Positions 48,330 to 58,040 of a stretch of 64,000 nt of DNA are shown piece by piece. Source of the DNA: a virus (taxonomy: Duplodnaviria; Caudoviricetes); the IMG/VR virus record IMGVR_UViG_3300023170_004399, positions 128,001 through 192,000 of that record. One strand, given 5' to 3'. The first letter of the stretch is position 1; every line of letters starts with the position of its first letter. The position numbers and the translations under genes are program-made. The notes under the pieces are model-generated. The model did not search any database. It was not told where the DNA came from and saw nothing but the letters and a program-made list of their open reading frames with translations.

Positions 48330-48614
48330 ATGAGATATAGAAACAGTAGCTTAATTAAAGGCGGAAAAGCTTTGTCAACCAATCAAACAATACGCGTTGT
48401 TAGAGATTTAGTAAAAAAAGGCACAATACAAACAACTAGGTATATTTCTAAAGAAGGCGATAGGTTAGATGTAATTGCTGGCAGGGTATATGGAGATTCT
48501 AGCTATTGGTGGCTAATTGCAATATGTTCAAATATTGGGTGGTCTTTACAGATACCACCTAATACTATTATAGAATACCCATCAAACTTGCAAGATGTAT
48601 TGGTGTATGTATGA
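48330..48614 (+). CDS. LysM-like baseplate protein (gp53/tail X-like)
   Basis: YISKEGDRLDVIAGRVYGDSSYWWLIAICSNI...IPPNTIIEYP. Confidence 0.8.
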   Translation: MRYRNSSLIKGGKALSTNQTIRVVRDLVKKGTIQTTRYISKEGDRLDVIAGRVYGDSSYWWLIAICSNIGWSLQIPPNTIIEYPSNLQDVLVYV

Positions 48615-51505
48615 TAAATTATTTTCATGAAAAAAGAAACATGATAAAAGAGGCTTTAACAGAGTTAAGTCAAATTTTAAATGTAAAAACAGAAAATGAT
48701 TTGATAGCAAAATTAATAGGTGCTGAAGTCAATGGAAATATAGACTTAAACAATATTAATTTTTTACTAAATGACATCAAATTAGATGATTTAGTAAAAT
48801 ATATTTTAGACATGCAAAATGGCGGCACTTTTTTAAATGAATTTGAAGCAAATATTAAAAGTTTTATTTCAGGTGATGAAGGCGAATCTGATTTAACAAA
48901 AAAGATTAATGATAAAGAACAGAGGCTTTTTACAATAACACATGAATCTGAGCAAGAGAATTACAATTTTTTAAGTACTAGTAAAATATCTAAAATTATT
49001 GGCGATGGATCAAAATACAACCAACAAACCTCCAGTCCCACGAAACAAAATCCTTCTTTCGGTGTCGTACAGTTTCATAGTACAACTTTAAATTATGCAA
49101 ACCGCGGTGCAGGGTTTGCATCTGTTTTTTTATCTGCTGTACCTAGTACAGAAATATCAAAATGTGTGCCATTTTTTGATTTGCAAATCATATCATCTGC
49201 AAATACTATTTTAAAATCTGATCGCGGGCAATCAACACCAAATGGCTTAAGTTTAATAAAATATTTATCTAAAGACGTAAGAAATGATAGCGCATTAGAC
49301 ATGCAAAGAGCAAAAAGATTTACTACTTCAGCTGACTTAGGTGGCAAATTGAAAAGTGAAGAAGTAATTAATGTTGCCTACGCTGGTATGGAATTGTTCA
49401 CTGCTCCTCAAACTATGAATTATGTTGGCGAAAAATTTAGAGACACAAGTTTCCTAGATAAAAGTAGTGAAAGACGAAATATTTTAGATCCTAAAAGACC
49501 TTTTATGACAGTTAAAAGTTTTGACGTAAATGTAGTGCCTGCTAGTGGTATGTTAAGCAGCACATCTGCAACATTATCACTTACATTACACGATAGATCT
49601 AGATTGTCGGATATATCTGAGTTAGTTGTCCCAGGTACTTTAAACCAAGTTGAAATACTAATTGAATATGGGTGGTCTCACCCTAGGAAAGACACACCGT
49701 ACGGTAAGTTATTAAATGCGTGTCGAGTTGTTAATAAATTCAGGGTTTCTAGCACTTCCTATAATTTTACCCCAGCTGGAGAGATGGATATAACATTAAC
49801 CATGTTTTCTAAAGGTATTGATGATATTGCTTTTGGGTTAATTACTGATGACGGTGTTAAACATACAATGGATGAGCTAACAGTGTTGCTTAAAGAAATA
49901 AAAGCAATTAAAAAGAAATTAGTAAAAGTACCAAGCTACTCTCAAATTGCAGATTCACAGATATTGGGGAAGTTAAATAGCACAAATAATATTTTAACAT
50001 TAGATAACAAAGAAATAGAGGAAGTTAAAAAAATTATTGTAAAGCTTTCTAATGATTTAAAAGATCTTCAAAACACTGATGTGAAAAGTACTTTAAAAAA
50101 CATGACCACAAAATTAAATAAAGCATTAGATAATACTAGCGTGTTAAAAAAAGATTTAACAACAACAGTGAACAAACTACTGGCTGATATTAGAAAAGGC
50201 GATGATCCTTTTTTAAAAGATAAAACGTACAAAGGTGCACCTAAAAAGAAAACACACGTAAGTTTTGCAAAATTAGCTACTATATTTATGGCAAAAAATA
50301 TTGCAGCTAATAAAAACTTTGATGAAGTACAACTAGTTTTTTATCCTATGAATGAATATTCTGGTTATTGCAGAGATGATGATGTAGGTAGTTTCCCTAT
50401 CAACATAAGCAAATTCAAAAAATATTTCAGTGAAAGAATAAAAGAAAATTATACAATGTCTATAATCCAGTTTATAGGTTTTATGAACAGTATATTTTTT
50501 TCAAATTTAGCATCAGATGCATATGGTTTTGGCAGTATATATCAGCGTGATGAAAATGGGCAATCAAAAGTTAAATCAAATGCAAAGAAAAAAAATATTC
50601 TTGCTGAAAAAGAAAACGTATTAGTAGAAGCTTATGGTGGAAAAGGTTCCGCATTGAAATTTAAAAAACCAAGTATACAGCTGGTTATAGAAACTGTGCC
50701 TCATATTAATGACCCTAATAAATCCATATGCAGAATGCATTTTTTTGATGCATCTACAACTAGTTATTCTAGTTATTATGATGTTTATCAAGCTGCATTA
50801 GATTCTAATTACAGCACCTTTAATCGGGAAGCAATTGATAAAGAGCACACCCATATTAAAAAAGGAGGTAATAGTCAAGCAAGTGCAAGAGGTGACCATG
50901 GGAAAGTTTACGCTCAGTCTGCCAATGATATTTTTCAAAATCCTTTATTTAATAATTTTTTTAAAAGTAAACAAATAAAAGTAATAGAAAAAAATGAAGC
51001 TGGCCAGAATGTTGAAAAAAATCAAGAAGTTGTTTATATAAATGGTGGTCCTAACAAAATTAGATCTTTTTTTACATATACAATGCCTACTTTAAAATAT
51101 GGAACCGAAGCTTCAGGTATTATTAATGCAAATCTTTCAACTAGTACTGACCCAACATTGCAGGCAATACACATGAAAAAACAATTTCAAAAGAATGCGC
51201 ATTCTCCAGATGCAGATTCTGATGATGGTATGCCTTTAAAAACGCTAAGAACTAGTTTAGAATTAGAATGTTATGGTTGTCCATTTATCATATTTGGGCA
51301 ACAGTTTTTTGTTGATTTTCAAACAAATACGACTGCAGATGACGTATACGCAGTTAAAGGTTTTTCACATAAAATAGCTCCCGGGTCTTTTTCTACTAAT
51401 GTTCAACTAGTTCCTTTGCAACGTGAAGGTCAATTTGAAAGCATATTAAAATCAACACAGAAATTAATTAATGAAATAGATATAACTAATGAGTCTCTAG
51501 AATAA
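48611..51505 (+). CDS. Baseplate hub protein (gp27/VgrG-like)
   Basis: ILIEYGWS; C-terminal LELECYGCPFIIFGQQFFVDF...YAVKGFSHKIAPGSFSTNVQL typical of hub proteins; follows the LysM gene. Confidence 0.65.
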   Translation: MINYFHEKRNMIKEALTELSQILNVKTENDLIAKLIGAEVNGNIDLNNINFLLNDIKLDDLVKYILDMQNGGTFLNEFEANIKSFISGDEGESDLTKKINDKEQRLFTITHESEQENYNFLSTSKISKIIGDGSKYNQQTSSPTKQNPSFGVVQFHSTTLNYANRGAGFASVFLSAVPSTEISKCVPFFDLQIISSANTILKSDRGQSTPNGLSLIKYLSKDVRNDSALDMQRAKRFTTSADLGGKLKSEEVINVAYAGMELFTAPQTMNYVGEKFRDTSFLDKSSERRNILDPKRPFMTVKSFDVNVVPASGMLSSTSATLSLTLHDRSRLSDISELVVPGTLNQVEILIEYGWSHPRKDTPYGKLLNACRVVNKFRVSSTSYNFTPAGEMDITLTMFSKGIDDIAFGLITDDGVKHTMDELTVLLKEIKAIKKKLVKVPSYSQIADSQILGKLNSTNNILTLDNKEIEEVKKIIVKLSNDLKDLQNTDVKSTLKNMTTKLNKALDNTSVLKKDLTTTVNKLLADIRKGDDPFLKDKTYKGAPKKKTHVSFAKLATIFMAKNIAANKNFDEVQLVFYPMNEYSGYCRDDDVGSFPINISKFKKYFSERIKENYTMSIIQFIGFMNSIFFSNLASDAYGFGSIYQRDENGQSKVKSNAKKKNILAEKENVLVEAYGGKGSALKFKKPSIQLVIETVPHINDPNKSICRMHFFDASTTSYSSYYDVYQAALDSNYSTFNREAIDKEHTHIKKGGNSQASARGDHGKVYAQSANDIFQNPLFNNFFKSKQIKVIEKNEAGQNVEKNQEVVYINGGPNKIRSFFTYTMPTLKYGTEASGIINANLSTSTDPTLQAIHMKKQFQKNAHSPDADSDDGMPLKTLRTSLELECYGCPFIIFGQQFFVDFQTNTTADDVYAVKGFSHKIAPGSFSTNVQLVPLQREGQFESILKSTQKLINEIDITNESLE

Positions 51506-51556
51506 AAAGATTATTTGTAAATTGTTTTTTTACGTATATAATTTGCTGAGGTGATT

Positions 51557-52594
51557 ATGTTATATTTTGATAGATCTATATTTGGCACTGAAAAACATCT
51601 TACTTATAATAAGAAAAAGTTTGTTTGGAAAAATGATATAGAAAGTGAGTACACAAGTTCTGTAGAGTTTAAAAACATAGCGCAAACATTTGATTTTAAC
51701 ATACCTTCTTTATTCCCAGATAGTTACATGAAAATGTGTAAAAACATAAGTACAACTAACTTGGCTAGATGTATTCCCGCACCAATTATAAAAGAATCAT
51801 GTCAAAGATATTGTGATACGTATGACAAGTTTTTAGAAAAATATAATGATCACAAGTATTTACCTGTTTTAGAAACTACAGAGAAGTTTATAAATCGGCT
51901 AAAAAGACCAAAGGTGGATAGAATTAGATACGCAGCAATAAATGCATCAAACGTTAATCTTCCGGGTTTCGTTATGACTAATAAGCATTTAAACACGCCT
52001 GTTTATTCTAGGTTAAATACGAAGACTGGAAGGTTGACTGTTGTTGATGGACCAAATGTTTTAACATTGAAAAAGAGTTATAGAAACATGTTAGCTAATT
52101 GCATGCAGGTAGATTTTAACAGTATGGAGCCTAGGCTTTTGTTAGCAATATTAGGTATAAAAATAGATGGTGATTTATACAGCTGGGTCGGCGAAAAGAC
52201 AGGTATAAAAGAAGAAAGATCAAAGTTAAAGATAAAAATTATTACTAGCTTGTATGGCGGTACAAAAGTAAAAGAAATCAATGATTTATTTGCTGTTGAT
52301 GAATGGAATGATCAACTTCACAAAAGTATAAAGAGTAACAAAATAGAAAATTATTTTGGTCGTGTAGTTGATGTAAGTGACACAGATAAAAATAACTTAT
52401 TAGCTATATACATACAATCATCAGCAGTTGACGCATCTTTATTAGGTTTTAACTGGTTAGTAGATAATTATAAGTTAGATCCATACTGGATAATACATGA
52501 TGCGTTAATATTTAAATGTACTGATGTAGATTTACCTAAAAGTCTAAAAATTACGGATGATATATTTTTACCAGTCGAATATACGGAGATATAA
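51557..52594 (+). CDS. Minimal family-A DNA polymerase catalytic domain
   Basis: TKTGRL, motif A DFNSMEPR, motif B RSKLK-x7-YG, ENYFGR, IQSSAVD, motif C IHDA; GAGGTG SD before ATG 51557. Confidence 0.8.
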   Translation: MLYFDRSIFGTEKHLTYNKKKFVWKNDIESEYTSSVEFKNIAQTFDFNIPSLFPDSYMKMCKNISTTNLARCIPAPIIKESCQRYCDTYDKFLEKYNDHKYLPVLETTEKFINRLKRPKVDRIRYAAINASNVNLPGFVMTNKHLNTPVYSRLNTKTGRLTVVDGPNVLTLKKSYRNMLANCMQVDFNSMEPRLLLAILGIKIDGDLYSWVGEKTGIKEERSKLKIKIITSLYGGTKVKEINDLFAVDEWNDQLHKSIKSNKIENYFGRVVDVSDTDKNNLLAIYIQSSAVDASLLGFNWLVDNYKLDPYWIIHDALIFKCTDVDLPKSLKITDDIFLPVEYTEI

Positions 52595-53197
52595 ATGAGT
52601 AGTTTATATGATTACATAATAGCAGAAACAACCGGGGGAAGTGGCTCGGGTAGTAAAACAACAACGCCTAAACCAAAGCCAAAACCAAAGCCTAAAAATA
52701 ATTCAACCCCAATTAAAAAATTAGCTGCTTCAACGGAAAGTGCACTAGTTGGTAAGAAGTATGATGAAATAGCTAAGAAATATAGATTGGCTTCTGAAAC
52801 AAATCCGGCTAAATTAATGCGTGAATTTAATATCGATTATACATATAATGGAAATAATTTTGGTGATTTACTTTCACATGTTTTTGTTGAAGGTTTTGCA
52901 AAACATCAAGACATTCAACAAGTTATTGATAAAGCTACATTAGTTGAAAGTAACACTGGACAAAAGGGTGTGCTTTTTGAGGTTAATACATTCGCTTTTG
53001 GTTATTCTCCTAGCAACGTTGCTTTTTGGATTAAAGATACTATCAAAGCAAAGCACAGAATAAATCAAATAAAAGGTCAAAAGACTTTTCTTGATAGACA
53101 CTTGAGAATAGAAGCAATTCCCGGTCAAACACATTTAATTATTTATTTTGCAAACAGAGCAAAAAACTGGGGCATTGCGCAACCGGTAAGATTTTGA
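52595..53197 (+). CDS. Hypothetical protein with Gly/Ser and (PK)5 linker
   Basis: GGAG SD; MSSLYDYIIAE-TTGGSGSGS-KTTT-PKPKPKPKPK, then a globular-looking domain. Confidence 0.7.
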   Translation: MSSLYDYIIAETTGGSGSGSKTTTPKPKPKPKPKNNSTPIKKLAASTESALVGKKYDEIAKKYRLASETNPAKLMREFNIDYTYNGNNFGDLLSHVFVEGFAKHQDIQQVIDKATLVESNTGQKGVLFEVNTFAFGYSPSNVAFWIKDTIKAKHRINQIKGQKTFLDRHLRIEAIPGQTHLIIYFANRAKNWGIAQPVRF

Positions 53198-53212
53198 TAG
53201 TTGGAGAAAACC

Positions 53213-53458
53213 ATGATTGAAAAAATACGTGAGTATATTAGAAAAATTATAATTGAAGCTTATGATCCGGATGATGTGCATGAGATGGGTGATGAAGATG
53301 ATTTGTTAATAGAGCCAGACGTTAAAGAAGACCGGGAAAATGAAAAAGATCCGTATGATGATGTTTATGACGAGGATGTTGATGAAGCAAGTGTTGTTGG
53401 CGGAATAGCTGGTGTAGTTGGCCCAGCATTTAATCCAGACCCGGAAAGAAAATATTAA
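53213..53458 (+). CDS. Small acidic hypothetical protein
   Basis: GGAG at 53203-53206 places the start at ATG 53213; IREYIRKIIIEA motif. Confidence 0.65.
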   Translation: MIEKIREYIRKIIIEAYDPDDVHEMGDEDDLLIEPDVKEDRENEKDPYDDVYDEDVDEASVVGGIAGVVGPAFNPDPERKY

Positions 53459-53465
53459 ATATATT

Positions 53466-53494
53466 TTATACAACTCCAATGGTGTAAATATAAT
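53466..53494 (+). promoter_or_regulatory. Candidate promoter TTATAC-N17-TATAAT
   Basis: In the gap upstream of the SSB gene. Confidence 0.55.
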
Positions 53495-53559
53495 AATAAA
53501 GTTATCGTGTTGATAACGTTACAAAACATTTAAAAATTTACACATTTGGAGGTGTATTT

Positions 53560-54333
53560 ATGTCGATAGATATGGACGCTATTCGCAAAAAATTAAATCA
53601 ACTATCTGGAAACTCTAGCAAAAGAAACGTAATGTGGCGACCTGAAGAAGGTGAAGAACACGTTGTGCGTATTATTGCATTTACTGACAATGATGGCACT
53701 CCTTTTAAGGAACGTTGGTTTTACTATAATATTGGTAACAACCCTGGTCTTTTAGCACCTTATCAATTTGGAAAACCTGATCCAATTAATGAGCTTATTC
53801 AAAAGTTGAAATCAGATGGAACAAAAGAATCATATGAAATGGCTAAAAAACTTTACCCTAAAATGAGAAGTTTTGCTGCTGTTATTGTAAGAGGACAAGA
53901 AGATGAAGGTGTAAAACTTTGGTCATTTGGAAAAATGGTTTATCAGTCTCTTTTGAATATTATGCTTGATCCTGATTACGGTGATATCACTGATATTTCA
54001 GATGGTCATGATATTAAAGTTTATTGTTCTAAAAACCCTGGGCAGCAATGGGCTACTACTGAAGTCAGAGCGAGACCTAAAAATACTCCTTTGGGTACAA
54101 AAGCACAAGTAAAAGAGTGGTCTGATTCTATACCTGAGTTAGATGATATTTATTCATTAAAATCTTATGATGAGTTAAGTAACATTATTAATGCTTGGTT
54201 GAATGGTGATGATGATGAAACTGAAACAACAAAATTCGAAAGTTCTAGTACTTCTACAAGCACCAGTAGTTCAAGCAGTGATACTGAATCTGATTTAGAT
54301 AAAGCGTTTAAGGATATTGATTTAGGTTTTTAA
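53560..54333 (+). CDS. gp32: Single-stranded DNA-binding protein (T4 gp32-like)
   Basis: WFYYNIG, LYPKMRSFAAVIVRG, VKLWSFGKMVYQ, DYGDITD...GHDI; acidic/Ser C-tail ending in Phe. Confidence 0.88.
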   Translation: MSIDMDAIRKKLNQLSGNSSKRNVMWRPEEGEEHVVRIIAFTDNDGTPFKERWFYYNIGNNPGLLAPYQFGKPDPINELIQKLKSDGTKESYEMAKKLYPKMRSFAAVIVRGQEDEGVKLWSFGKMVYQSLLNIMLDPDYGDITDISDGHDIKVYCSKNPGQQWATTEVRARPKNTPLGTKAQVKEWSDSIPELDDIYSLKSYDELSNIINAWLNGDDDETETTKFESSSTSTSTSSSSSDTESDLDKAFKDIDLGF

Positions 54334-54363
54334 TCTATAGCATATATTTCTGGTAAATGCACT

Positions 54364-54391
54364 AAGAGGGAATTTATATTCCCTCTTTTTT
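54364..54391 (+). terminator. Intrinsic terminator after SSB
   Basis: aagagggaat-ttat-attccctctt followed by a T-run. Confidence 0.88.
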
Positions 54392-54401
54392 ATTAAATCT
54401 T

Positions 54402-54430
54402 TTAGACAATTGTGTTTTAGACAATACAAT
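54402..54430 (+). promoter_or_regulatory. Candidate promoter TTAGAC-N17-TACAAT overlapping an 11-bp direct repeat
   Basis: Upstream of recA; ttttagacaat at 54400 and 54415. Confidence 0.5.
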
Positions 54431-54453
54431 ATATTATTAAAAAAGGAGTATTT

Positions 54454-55629
54454 ATGGGTAAGACTAACGATTTTACATCTGACTTAATTAAGTCGTTGAA
54501 CAAAGAACATGGCACGCGTGTAGCATACAATTTATCTGTTGACCAATCTCCAACACACGTAAGTGATTGGATATCTACGGGTTCAAAACAGTTAGATTAT
54601 ATGATATCTGGAAAACCCAATGGTGGTCTTCCCGTAGGTAGAATAGTAGAAATATTTGGCCCACCTAGTATTGGTAAAAGTCATATTGCTATACAGATAG
54701 CAAGAAGCACACAAGAGAAAGGTGGAGTCGTTGTATATATCGATACTGAAAATGCAACATCTGTTGAAAATCTAGGTCTACTTGGCGTAGACATAAAGAC
54801 GAGATTTGTTTATGTAGACACGCATTGTACAGAAGAAGTACTATCCATTGCAGAGTCGACTATTTTAAAAGCAAAAGCAATGAATAAAGACGTGCCAGTT
54901 ACTATTATTTGGGACTCCGTTGCAGCTACTTCACCAAAAGCAGAATTATTAGGTGATTATGATAAAGAAAGCATCGGTTTGAATGCTCGTGCCATATCTA
55001 AAGGGATGAGAAAGATTACTGGCGTAATCGCAAATCAAAAAGTACTATTTTTATGTTTAAATCAAATTAGAGAAAAAATTGGAGTTATGTATGGCGATCC
55101 TACTACTACACCCGGAGGTAAGGCAATCCCTTTTCACTCATCTGTACGAATCAAATTGGGAGCGGGACAACAAATCAAAGACAAAGCCGGGAATGTTATG
55201 GGCATTAATGTCTCGGCTAAAACAATTAAAAACAAAATAGCACCACCATTTAGAAGTTGCAACTTTCAAATACATTTTGGAAAAGGTATATTTGAGCATG
55301 AAGAGCTGTTTGATGTTTTAAGAATACACTGTAAAGATGGTGATGTTGATTATGATGATAAATTATTGTCATTATCAGGTACTGGTGCATGGAAATCTTT
55401 AACTGTAGTTGACAAATCAACCGGTGAAGTTTTAACAGAAAAGAAATTTTATAAAGCTGATTTTATCAATGTTATAAATGATGAAGAGTACAAAGATTAT
55501 ATTGATGCTATTGTTAACAGTGCAATGAAAGCTAAGTTAGGCCTTGTTGACAATATGGACATCGATGCTGAAAGTTATGAAGAAATGAAACAACTTAGTC
55601 AAACCCTAACCGATGATTTGGAGATTTAA
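54454..55629 (+). CDS. recA: RecA/UvsX recombinase
   Basis: ISTGSKQLD, GGLPVGRIVEIFGPPSIGKS, YIDTENA, IIWDSVAA, NQIREKIGVMYGDPTTTPGGKAIPFHSSVRI. Confidence 0.96.
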   Translation: MGKTNDFTSDLIKSLNKEHGTRVAYNLSVDQSPTHVSDWISTGSKQLDYMISGKPNGGLPVGRIVEIFGPPSIGKSHIAIQIARSTQEKGGVVVYIDTENATSVENLGLLGVDIKTRFVYVDTHCTEEVLSIAESTILKAKAMNKDVPVTIIWDSVAATSPKAELLGDYDKESIGLNARAISKGMRKITGVIANQKVLFLCLNQIREKIGVMYGDPTTTPGGKAIPFHSSVRIKLGAGQQIKDKAGNVMGINVSAKTIKNKIAPPFRSCNFQIHFGKGIFEHEELFDVLRIHCKDGDVDYDDKLLSLSGTGAWKSLTVVDKSTGEVLTEKKFYKADFINVINDEEYKDYIDAIVNSAMKAKLGLVDNMDIDAESYEEMKQLSQTLTDDLEI

Positions 55630-56594
55630 TGAAAAAAATATTATTAGTTGATGCATATAACATATTTGCACGTTCTTACGCAGTTAACCCATCTATGAGT
55701 GAAAATGGCCAACATATTGGCGGTACTTTGGGATTTTTAAAATCTCTTGGTGTGTTAGCTAGTAAATTTAGTCCTAATGAAATAGTAATATGCTGGGAAG
55801 GTGGTGGATCTGCCAGAAGAAGAAAAATATTGCCCGAATATAAAACTGGTAGAAAACCAATAAAATTAAATAGAAGCGATATATATGAAGACATTCCTGA
55901 CACTAGAGAAAATTTTAATTACCAAGTAGCATTATGCACTAGATTGTTAAAACATATGCCAGTAAAACAAATGTATGTATCAGAATGCGAAGCAGATGAT
56001 ATAATAGGTTATTTAGCTAGATATGCATACGATAAAGATGATCAAATTGTTATTGCATCATCTGACCAAGATATGTATCAGCTTTTAGGTAAAAATGTCA
56101 CACAATATAGTCCGGCCGGTAAAAAAATGGTTACGCACTATGATGTAGAAAGTAAGTTTGACATATATTTTGAGAATTTTATTACAGCTCGGGCATTTAT
56201 TGGCGATAAGTCTGATGCGATACCAGGCATAAAAGGTTGCGGTTTCAAAACGCTGGTAAAGAGAATACCTGAATTGAAAGAAAATCGGTTCTTAAGTGTT
56301 GATGATATAATTAAATTGTGTGAAGTTAAAGCAGAGCAATTCCCAAAAATTAAGTTATATCGAGATATACTTGAAAACAGGGATGTGCCGAAGAGGAATT
56401 GGAAAATTATGTATTTAGACGTCAGTAATTTAAGTGCCACACACATAGATCAGTTAAAGTATTCATACGAGAATGCTGAACACAAAAATGATAAAATCTC
56501 AATGATGAGAGATTTAATTACTGAAGGCGTAACTTTTCCTAATAAAATTAACATAGACCGTATATATTATAATCTCAACGCATCTATAAAATAA
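55629..56594 (+). CDS. 5'-3' exonuclease/flap endonuclease (T4 RNase H, PolI N-terminal type)
   Basis: LLVDAYN, EYKTGR, EADDIIG, SSDQDMYQL, H3TH motif IGDKSDAIPGIKGCGFKT. Confidence 0.92.
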   Translation: MKKILLVDAYNIFARSYAVNPSMSENGQHIGGTLGFLKSLGVLASKFSPNEIVICWEGGGSARRRKILPEYKTGRKPIKLNRSDIYEDIPDTRENFNYQVALCTRLLKHMPVKQMYVSECEADDIIGYLARYAYDKDDQIVIASSDQDMYQLLGKNVTQYSPAGKKMVTHYDVESKFDIYFENFITARAFIGDKSDAIPGIKGCGFKTLVKRIPELKENRFLSVDDIIKLCEVKAEQFPKIKLYRDILENRDVPKRNWKIMYLDVSNLSATHIDQLKYSYENAEHKNDKISMMRDLITEGVTFPNKINIDRIYYNLNASIK

Positions 56595-56620
56595 CTAACA
56601 AACGATTATAAGGAGCTTTT

Positions 56621-58039
56621 ATGAGCAAATCAGCAGCGCTGCAACAAGCAGCTGTATTAAAACCCATTATTGGTGACGAAAACACTTCATTTAAACATTA
56701 TGGAAAGAGTTTTCAAGAAAAGATTTTTCAAGGTTTGGCTATTGATAAAAATTGGGCACAGCAAATGCATGAAGTAATGAAGCCAGATTTTTTTGACTTG
56801 AAATATTTGCAATATTTGTGTGAAAAGTACTTTTCTTATTTTGACAAGTATAGATGTTTTCCTACAATGCAAATATTGTTAGATATGGTAAGAGAAGATT
56901 TAACAACTGATAACAGTGACACATTGTTAAGAGATCAAATCATTCAATTTATAAAAAGAATGCGATTAAATCCTAATCCTGAAGATTTGCCATACGTAAA
57001 AGACAAAAGTTTAGATTTTTGCAAAAGACAAGCATTTAAAGCTGCTTTGACTAGTGCTGTTGAATTAGTGCAAGGCGAAAAGTTTGAATCTGTTGTTGAC
57101 CTTATGAGAAAAGCTGTTTCAGTTGGTATGCCATCGACAATTGGTCACGATTTTTTCGAAGATATGGAATCAAGGTTTCAAGAAATACAGCGTATAACTT
57201 CACCGACAGGACTAGAACAACTCGATAAACCTGAAGTTTTAGATGGTGGTTTAGGCAGAGGTGAGTTAGGCGTAATTGTAGCACCGACTGGTGTTGGTAA
57301 ATCACATTGGTTAGTAGCAATGGGCGCCGAAGCAGTAAAAAGAGGCAAACACGTTGTACATTATAGTTTTGAATTAAGTGAACATTTAACTGGTAAAAGA
57401 TATGATGCAAACCTTTGTAATATTAGTGTATCAGACTTAAAGTTAAAAGAAAATCAAGACAAAGTTAGAGAATTATATAAGGACAATGAAGATTTTGGTA
57501 GTTTGACAATAAAATATTATCCAACCAGGACAGCGAGTGTTAATACTTTACGCAATCACCTGGACAAACTAAAATTAAGAGGAAAAATACCATCATTGGT
57601 TATTGTTGATTATGCAGACGTAATGCGTTCTACTAAAGAATACGACGCATTAAGACATGAATTAATGTTAATTTATGAAGAGCTAAGACAACTAGCAGCT
57701 GATTTTAATGTACCTGTTTGGACTGCAAGTCAATCCAACAAGAATGGTGCTAATGCTGATTTAGTTGGCTTAGAAAACATGGGGGAATCTTATGGAAAAG
57801 CGCAAGTATCTGATGTCGTTTTAGGTCTAAGTAGAAAACCTGAAGAAAAGGCACTGGGGACTGCTAGACTTTTCGTTGCAAAAAATAGAGCGGGTATGGA
57901 TGGTATACAAATGCATATCAATATTGATACATCTAAATCTAAGTTCCGAACACTTAGTGAAGATGAAATACTAGCCTTAAACCCTAAAAAACAGTTAAAG
58001 GAAGTGTGGAAAGAAATTCAAAAAGAGAAGGAGTTTTAG
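56621..58039 (+). CDS. dnaB: Replicative helicase (DnaB/gp41 family)
   Basis: Walker A APTGVGKS, HYSFELS, IKYYPT, Walker B IVDYAD, WTASQ, KNRAG. Confidence 0.93.
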   Translation: MSKSAALQQAAVLKPIIGDENTSFKHYGKSFQEKIFQGLAIDKNWAQQMHEVMKPDFFDLKYLQYLCEKYFSYFDKYRCFPTMQILLDMVREDLTTDNSDTLLRDQIIQFIKRMRLNPNPEDLPYVKDKSLDFCKRQAFKAALTSAVELVQGEKFESVVDLMRKAVSVGMPSTIGHDFFEDMESRFQEIQRITSPTGLEQLDKPEVLDGGLGRGELGVIVAPTGVGKSHWLVAMGAEAVKRGKHVVHYSFELSEHLTGKRYDANLCNISVSDLKLKENQDKVRELYKDNEDFGSLTIKYYPTRTASVNTLRNHLDKLKLRGKIPSLVIVDYADVMRSTKEYDALRHELMLIYEELRQLAADFNVPVWTASQSNKNGANADLVGLENMGESYGKAQVSDVVLGLSRKPEEKALGTARLFVAKNRAGMDGIQMHINIDTSKSKFRTLSEDEILALNPKKQLKEVWKEIQKEKEF

Positions 58040-58040
58040 T

